From the NCBI GenBank assembly GCA_047495785.1, contig JBLDXI010000028.1, positions 1,550,001 to 1,614,000 of the forward strand: DNA of 64,000 nt, in the 5' to 3' direction. Below are positions 58,629-64,000 of this stretch, piece by piece (the first letter of the stretch is position 1; each line of letters starts with the position of its first letter). The notes under the pieces are model-generated. The model was not told where the DNA came from and did no database searches. It was given only the letters and a program-made list of their open reading frames with translations. The position numbers and the translations under genes were made by a program. The DNA comes from Lepidodermella squamata. Lineage: Eukaryota > Animalia > Gastrotricha.

Positions 58629-59735
58629 ATGACAGAAATTACTTTATGCTTTCTGCTAGTTGTGCTATCTGTAGCTGAAGGGGTGACAATTTCCATGCGA
58701 CCTCGAACTAGTTACTTTTTGTCGAATTGCACGTTGCTCTCGGCAGAATATGCCGGCCCGAAATGCTCTGGCAACACGTTATCGCAATGCTCGAAATTAG
58801 ATCTGAAAATACAAGTGCTCAGTCTCCGAGTTGATGCTGTCGATGACAAACAGCAAAGCTTCGTTGCATCTTTGCAAATGCTATTGCAATATACGACACC
58901 CTGCTTGTGGTTAGGCAAATATGTCGACGCTGGAACTCGATTCTTTTTACCGCCGAATGTATTCTGGACGCCCAAGTTGTACCACTCGAATCCTTCATCA
59001 ACGCTCGTTGACATTGAAGAAACGGAGATGCAGGCTATTTTCAACTCGGCTGGCATGGCTTTAGAATTTAGAATCGTCAATAAATTTCATTCAACTTGCT
59101 CGCTCGATGTTACGTTGTTCCCGTTTGACAAGCAGATTTGTTGGATTGAATTAAAACCTGCCTCGAAGCTTCGCCTATACTACATGAGGATCTATAACTC
59201 TGAAGCCGCATTGCGCCCGACATACCAGTTCTCAAACTGGCTCGTTACCTCCGGAAATGCCTCTGTCGAAAATAGGACAAAGTTGAAAATAGCTGTCTCA
59301 CTGCGCCGAAATCCAGAATTCTACATGTGGAACATAATCATACCCTTTGTTGTAACAACTTTCGTTGTATTCATAATCATGCTAATAGATGCGAAGCAGT
59401 CCGACAGATCAGTTTTAGCTTTGACTATTTTTGTCGCCGTAATATTCATGGAAGTAGAAGCACTGAATTATCTCCCCAAAAAACCCGGATTTGTTTTTCT
59501 ACTATTTTTCATGAAAACTTGTGAATTTCTCATCGGATTCTTTGTGATATACTGCTGCGTAACATGCGGCTTAGCCAACTCTTACAGAGAATGGTTCACG
59601 TCTGCTTTGCTTGAAACTGAATATTTCGCTTTGTCCACGGGAAGATCCTTCGACATCCTTATCTTTGCGATTTTCATTCAAATTTACAGCATTGCCGTTC
59701 TCTGGCTTTACCTAACAGCTGTGAGTTCCGCCTAA
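58629..59735 (+). CDS. Divergent intronless Cys-loop LGIC subunit (KPG subfamily)
   Basis: Cys-loop CSLDVTLFPFDKQIC; FWTPKLYHSN; M2 SDRSVLALTIFVAV; M2-M3 loop PKKPGF. Confidence 0.93.
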   Translation: MTEITLCFLLVVLSVAEGVTISMRPRTSYFLSNCTLLSAEYAGPKCSGNTLSQCSKLDLKIQVLSLRVDAVDDKQQSFVASLQMLLQYTTPCLWLGKYVDAGTRFFLPPNVFWTPKLYHSNPSSTLVDIEETEMQAIFNSAGMALEFRIVNKFHSTCSLDVTLFPFDKQICWIELKPASKLRLYYMRIYNSEAALRPTYQFSNWLVTSGNASVENRTKLKIAVSLRRNPEFYMWNIIIPFVVTTFVVFIIMLIDAKQSDRSVLALTIFVAVIFMEVEALNYLPKKPGFVFLLFFMKTCEFLIGFFVIYCCVTCGLANSYREWFTSALLETEYFALSTGRSFDILIFAIFIQIYSIAVLWLYLTAVSSA

Positions 59736-59939
59736 AATTTCTCGATAATAAAAGAACTGGCTCGATAAAGCGAACGATAAATCGTGAGCACAGATCTTTG
59801 ATGCAAGCGTTTGTATAATGTTTGCTCGCAATTTCCGGTCTCGGTTCTCACGGCTAAGCTACATCGCACGATCTGAAATATGCCTATCAGTCACGATTCA
59901 TTCACACTTTGACAAAATAAATGATTATCAAGTCGGCGC

Positions 59940-61073
59940 ATGCCTGTTAGACACGCTGGTGGATTCGTCATTTTAGCAACGTTTGCGTTCAGGATCATTT
60001 GCGCCAAGCCGAACTACGATTTATCAAGCGCTCGAAGTTTAGACCTCATTGCGAGATGCAATCAATTTTCGGTCGAGGCTATGAACCCAAACTGCAATAT
60101 GAGCATAGAATTAGACGATGTGGATCAATCCTGCTTGACAACACCAATTAGGACGTCCTTACAAATATCCAAATCATACGGAATCGACGATGTTACCGAA
60201 ACGTTCAGAGTACAAGCAAACTTCATATCCGAGTGGTCCGCTGCTTGCGATCGATTGAGCGAATTGAGCGGGACCGATTTCTACCCGAATGCGAGCCTAT
60301 TTTGGCAACCAGAGTTCATCCACGACAACGCAATCGACGACCCGGCAATGGCAAGCCTTCAGTCAATTTTCAGCGCTAGAATCTCTAAGCAGCATGTCAT
60401 TTTTCGTTCTGAGAGGAGTGGCATTTTCGTTTCATCATGTGAAATCAATCTTAGCGATTTTCCGTTTGACAATCAAAACTGCATGATATACCTAAGATTG
60501 GCAAACACAGCTGATAATGCAGTCGCAATTGATGTTAAGAGCCGCGCAACAAAAAGTATGGATGATTGGACCTCGAACTGGAAACTAGAAAAATTCAGTT
60601 CTAAGCTGCTGAACCTTCATGGCAATCCAAGTCCGTTTATCATGATAAAATTCAAACGCCGCTCAGATTTCTACATTTGGTTTCTAATGATACCTTGCGC
60701 TGCTTTGACTTTCCTGCAATTTCTTTGCATCGCTATCCACGCTTCGAAGCCCTTGAGACCTGGTTTTGCGATAACAATCCTGCTGGCTATGACAGTTTTG
60801 CGAATCGAGATTAGCAACAGAACACCAGCTAAGCCTGGTAAGATGTTGCTAACGGATTACACTCGTTCGTGTGAACTTCTCACTTTATTCATTACTCTTT
60901 ACGCGTTTTTCACCTGCCATCTTGCGAAAAAATTTCCAAAATGGTTCAACACAAATGCGATTGTTATCGGTAAATGGAAGGCTTCCCGCAATAGGGTTTG
61001 TGACGCCATTGCTTGCTCGACGTCGCTCATGGCGTTCAGCCTTGTCAATTTTTTCCTTTTCTATAAATTTTAA
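59940..61073 (+). CDS. Divergent intronless Cys-loop LGIC subunit (P-L-R pore motif)
   Basis: Cys-loop CEINLSDFPFDNQNC; FWQPEFIHDN; M2 KPLRPGFAITILLAM. Confidence 0.93.
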   Translation: MPVRHAGGFVILATFAFRIICAKPNYDLSSARSLDLIARCNQFSVEAMNPNCNMSIELDDVDQSCLTTPIRTSLQISKSYGIDDVTETFRVQANFISEWSAACDRLSELSGTDFYPNASLFWQPEFIHDNAIDDPAMASLQSIFSARISKQHVIFRSERSGIFVSSCEINLSDFPFDNQNCMIYLRLANTADNAVAIDVKSRATKSMDDWTSNWKLEKFSSKLLNLHGNPSPFIMIKFKRRSDFYIWFLMIPCAALTFLQFLCIAIHASKPLRPGFAITILLAMTVLRIEISNRTPAKPGKMLLTDYTRSCELLTLFITLYAFFTCHLAKKFPKWFNTNAIVIGKWKASRNRVCDAIACSTSLMAFSLVNFFLFYKF

Positions 61074-61248
61074 CCTTGTGAAAGAATTGTTGTTTCTTTT
61101 GTGTAAATAATGTGCGATCTACGAATGTGTTGTTCAATTCGGAAATTTGACGCGCAGATGCAAACAAGCCTGAGTTTTATGAGTATTTTAGATATTCAGC
61201 GAGATTTTTACTTGCTATAGCATCGGCACTCTACTATTATCTAAAGTT

Positions 61249-62373
61249 ATGCTATCAATCATTGTTATGTGGTGCTTTTTGTTTCAACCTTCATTCTCTG
61301 ATGTTAACGCCACAGCTTTACGGCGGGCTCGAAACCTTTTGTTAAGCTGTCCCAGTCTTACCCCAGAGAGCCCTGGCCCTCGTTGTGCTGCTAGTGCTGA
61401 AAATATTAATTGTAAATTTGCTCAAGTGGAGCTGAATGGATATGTCGGAATGATTGAAGCTATCAATGATCAGCTGCAAAGTTTCACTGCAACACTGCAT
61501 TTTATTGTGAGATGGAACGGCTCGTGTTTGCCTGCTATCGCTGCGAAGCTCGGTCCGAAGCAATACGTATCTTTCCCGGTTCCTGATACTATGTTTTGGC
61601 GGCCGAAATTCGTCCACATCAACCCATCCGTCACTCACTTGCGTGACACTGCTACATCAAAAATGGAAGTGACAATCAAACGTGTCGGTGTTCATTTCGA
61701 TTGGAAATTTGTTGCAAGATTCACGTCGACCTGCGACCTCAATGTAGCGTTGTTCCCTTTCGACACTCAAATATGCGCTGTCAAACTGAAAACTGCATTT
61801 CAGCGCATGCATTACGAGCTGAAATCGCGTGTATCGGCGCGTACTTATAACGTGTTTCGAAGCGATTTTGACAATTGGCTCATCATTGACAGATCCGCTT
61901 CCATCAGCAACAGAACGACTTACAAGTATATCTTCACATTTCGAAGGAAACCAGAGTTTTACATCTGGAATCTTATCCTACCATTTCTTGTTCTCACATT
62001 TTTGACATTCATCGTACTGCTCTTGGAAGCACGTCTCTCCGACCGGCCAGTTCTAGCCGTAACAGTTCTCCTAGCTCTGGTTTTCATGGAAGCCGACTCT
62101 CTTAAATACCTGCCACAAAAGCCTGGCTTTGTATTTATGACTGCATGCATGAAATGTTGCGAATTTCTCACATGTGTTATGACACTTTATTGCCTGATCA
62201 CTTGCGGGCTAGCGAACTCGTATCCAGACTGGTATGCCACAGTTCTGATCGAAAATTCGCTTTTTAAACTTAGAAATGGTCGTGCCATGGATATTGTTGC
62301 TTTTGTTTTGATGATATTGGCCTATGGTGTCTCTCTTGTGTTCTTTGTATTGGTGTTGTTATCTAAATTATAA
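61249..62373 (+). CDS. Divergent intronless Cys-loop LGIC subunit (KPG subfamily)
   Basis: Cys-loop CDLNVALFPFDTQIC; FWRPKFVHIN; M2 SDRPVLAVTVLLAL; M2-M3 loop PQKPGF. Confidence 0.93.
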   Translation: MLSIIVMWCFLFQPSFSDVNATALRRARNLLLSCPSLTPESPGPRCAASAENINCKFAQVELNGYVGMIEAINDQLQSFTATLHFIVRWNGSCLPAIAAKLGPKQYVSFPVPDTMFWRPKFVHINPSVTHLRDTATSKMEVTIKRVGVHFDWKFVARFTSTCDLNVALFPFDTQICAVKLKTAFQRMHYELKSRVSARTYNVFRSDFDNWLIIDRSASISNRTTYKYIFTFRRKPEFYIWNLILPFLVLTFLTFIVLLLEARLSDRPVLAVTVLLALVFMEADSLKYLPQKPGFVFMTACMKCCEFLTCVMTLYCLITCGLANSYPDWYATVLIENSLFKLRNGRAMDIVAFVLMILAYGVSLVFFVLVLLSKL

Positions 62374-62404
62374 ATTGAGTAAATTGGTTTCACAGTGGTT
62401 CAAG

Positions 62405-62790
62405 TACCGTTTTTCATCGATTAATAGCCTCCCTCAAATAATAGCCTGAAATTTTTGACTGTTTTCGGCATTTAAAACTAAATAATAGCCCGCCTCGAAT
62501 AATAGCCACGTCTTGCCTTGTCCGAAGCAGGTGGCGCGCTGGAGGAGGGGCAAAGCTGTCCTAATTTCGTCGCCTACAACTGCTAAGCGGATTAGAGGTG
62601 GTGGACGTAAGCCGCTGTTTGCGGATGTCGAGGAGAGATTAGCAGCGTGGGTCAGACAACAGATAAGTCAACCACGGAAACGACTTATTGCGATGATGAA
62701 ATTTGCCAATTGCCAATAAATAATAGCCCCCCTCGAATAATTGCCTCTTTTTTGGACCGTTTCCGGAGTTTCGGAAAAAATAGTAGCTTC
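62405..62790 (+). mobile_element. Pogo/Tc2-like DNA transposon remnant (internally deleted)
   Basis: Starts TA|CCGT and carries repeated AATAATAGCC motifs. The ORF fragment KQVARWRR...KRIRGGGRKPLFADVEERLAAWVRQQ resembles the N-terminal CENP-B-type HTH region of pogo transposases. The right end is not defined. Confidence 0.65.
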
Positions 62791-62804
62791 CGATTCTAGA
62801 ATTC

Positions 62805-63248
62805 GGCCTAGTGGCCTACACGTTCGCAGCCAACCCAACGCTACTCGATCTACTCGACCAAGTTCAAGACCGATTTGTCAGAGCAACAGCGGTGACACTT
62901 CAGCCTCTTGCGAAACGCCGATTCGTCGGCGTGATGTGCTACCTGTATAAAATCATTGTAGCTCGACGTGGTACCCAGCAAATCAGAACGAGGTTTGTTA
63001 GGGTTGCACGGAGATCAGGCAGACTGCGAAACCCTAAACGTGAACATAGCTATCAAATCAGAGTCAACACGCCGAGCTCGGTCCGCGACATCGACCCGTT
63101 CTTGCGTAAGGCAGCAATAATGCAAAAGTGGAACCAGCTACTTAAAACCGTCTTCCCATGGGCAACAGAGCCTGAACCGTTCAAACATTCTAAGCCTTAC
63201 CTTTTGACACCATCCGAAAGGGCTGAATAAAAATTTTAAATAAAAAAC
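62805..63248 (+). mobile_element. 5'-truncated non-LTR retrotransposon (LINE ORF2 C-terminus, CR1/Jockey-like)
   Basis: LLDQVQDRFVR...LQPLAKRRFVGVMCYLYKI...HSY...PF...KWNQL..VFP...PFK matches the post-RT C-terminal pattern of CR1/Jockey-group ORF2. An A-rich tail follows at 63226-63248. Confidence 0.7.
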
Positions 63249-63580
63249 ATACTATTTCTACTTTGCTTCCACCTACATGAAAAATAAAATGACTAGTAAA
63301 AGTTGAAATCAAACGTGTTCGGGCGTTGGCTCGCGCGCAACAAGTGTGAGCCAGAGCACGGTGGGACAATGCGCGCGCGCGTCCATTGTTCTCGATTTGG
63401 AGCCCACCGCGTACCTGGGTTAAAACCTATGAGCCGAAGCTCGACAAAGGTGTTTGATAAGAGCAGGCCCTTCGCAGGCCCTTCGCATCCTGGTTGACCA
63501 GAGCGCGGCGTGGAGTAATGCCCAGTCGGGGTCTGGTCGACCAGACCGCGATGTGGTCGTTTTCGGACTTGGGTCGTAAC

Positions 63581-63867
63581 AGAAGCATCGAATTATCTCC
63601 CCAAAAAAACCGGATTTGTTTTTCTACAATTTTTCATGAAAACCTGTGACTTTTTCATCGGATTCTTTGTCATCTACTGCTGCGTAACATGCGGCTTAGC
63701 AAACTCTTATCGGGAATGGTTCACATCTCCCCTTATTGAAACTCAAAATTGCACTCTTTCTACAGGGAGATCTTTCGATATTCTTATTGTTGTCATTTTC
63801 ATTCAAGATTCAAGTTAACGGCATTGCCATTCTGTGGCGTTACCCGACAGCTGCGAGTACCGCCTGA
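63581..63867 (+). pseudogene. 3' fragment (M2-M3 loop to M4) duplicated from the 58629-59735 LGIC gene
   Basis: Nucleotide similarity to 59456-59735 (aattatctccccaaaaaa.ccggatttgtttttctac...). A 7-bp duplication ATTCAAG at 63801-63814 causes a frameshift. Similarity continues through the 3' flank to the window end. Confidence 0.88.
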
Positions 63868-64000
63868 AATTATGCGAGAATAAAAATACTGGCTTGGAAA
63901 AACAAAAGATAAATCATGCGAACACAGTTGCATCGTTTGTATCGAGGAATTATGTTTGCTCGCAATATCCGGTCTCGACTTTCACGGCAAAGCTACGGCT

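Noticed and set aside
1020-62171. Numerous 60-125 aa ORFs antisense or out-of-frame to the receptor, NR and lectin genes
   Set aside because: They are shadow ORFs with no recognisable motifs; many begin at non-ATG codons.
953-62373. Assigning canonical nAChR/5-HT3/GABA gene symbols
   Set aside because: ACh-cage residues and the ICD are missing and the copies are mutually paralogous; orthology cannot be supported without a tree.
953-62373. Bacterial origin or contamination (intronless, GLIC-like short M3-M4 loop, operon-like spacing)
   Set aside because: The disulfide Cys-loop (C-x13-C) is the eukaryotic type, and the genes are interleaved with spliceosomal-intron genes, nuclear receptors and eukaryotic TEs.
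953-62373. Dead processed pseudogenes or soluble AChBP-like proteins
   Set aside because: 23 ORFs remain open despite deep divergence and keep signal peptides and four TM helices.
1-64000. CRISPR arrays, rRNA or tRNA genes
   Set aside because: No regularly spaced repeats or recognisable structural RNA genes were seen by eye; tRNAscan-SE/Infernal were not run.

Overview
Compact-genome eukaryotic (invertebrate animal-like) DNA with ~45-50 bp introns; the species cannot be determined from sequence alone. The window is dominated by a tandem array of 26 intronless, divergent Cys-loop (pentameric ligand-gated ion channel, nAChR-like) subunit genes. Of these, 23 are intact, one runs off the left edge, one is split by a nested 3-kb DNA transposon and one is a 3' pseudogene fragment. 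The full-length copies keep C-x13-C/(F/Y)P(F/L/Y)D, WxP and four TM helices. They lack the loop-C vicinal cysteines and loop-B Trp, have a very short M3-M4 loop and share a four-cysteine N-terminal signature. This pattern resembles a lineage-specific ionotropic chemoreceptor family, by analogy with cephalopod chemotactile receptors. Subfamilies differ in loop C (poly-acidic vs glycosylation sequon) and in pore residues (D/E-R vs P-V/L-R; Glu at 11'). Several genes are only 68-200 bp apart, which is operon-like. Embedded in the array are three divergent nuclear receptors (P-box DACKK) plus a fragment, and a ~13-kb multi-exon gene for a large fibrinogen/C-type lectin/sushi/LamG/Cys-rich-repeat/WSC mosaic protein. 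A hAT-type MITE, a pogo-like remnant and a LINE 3' fragment are also present.
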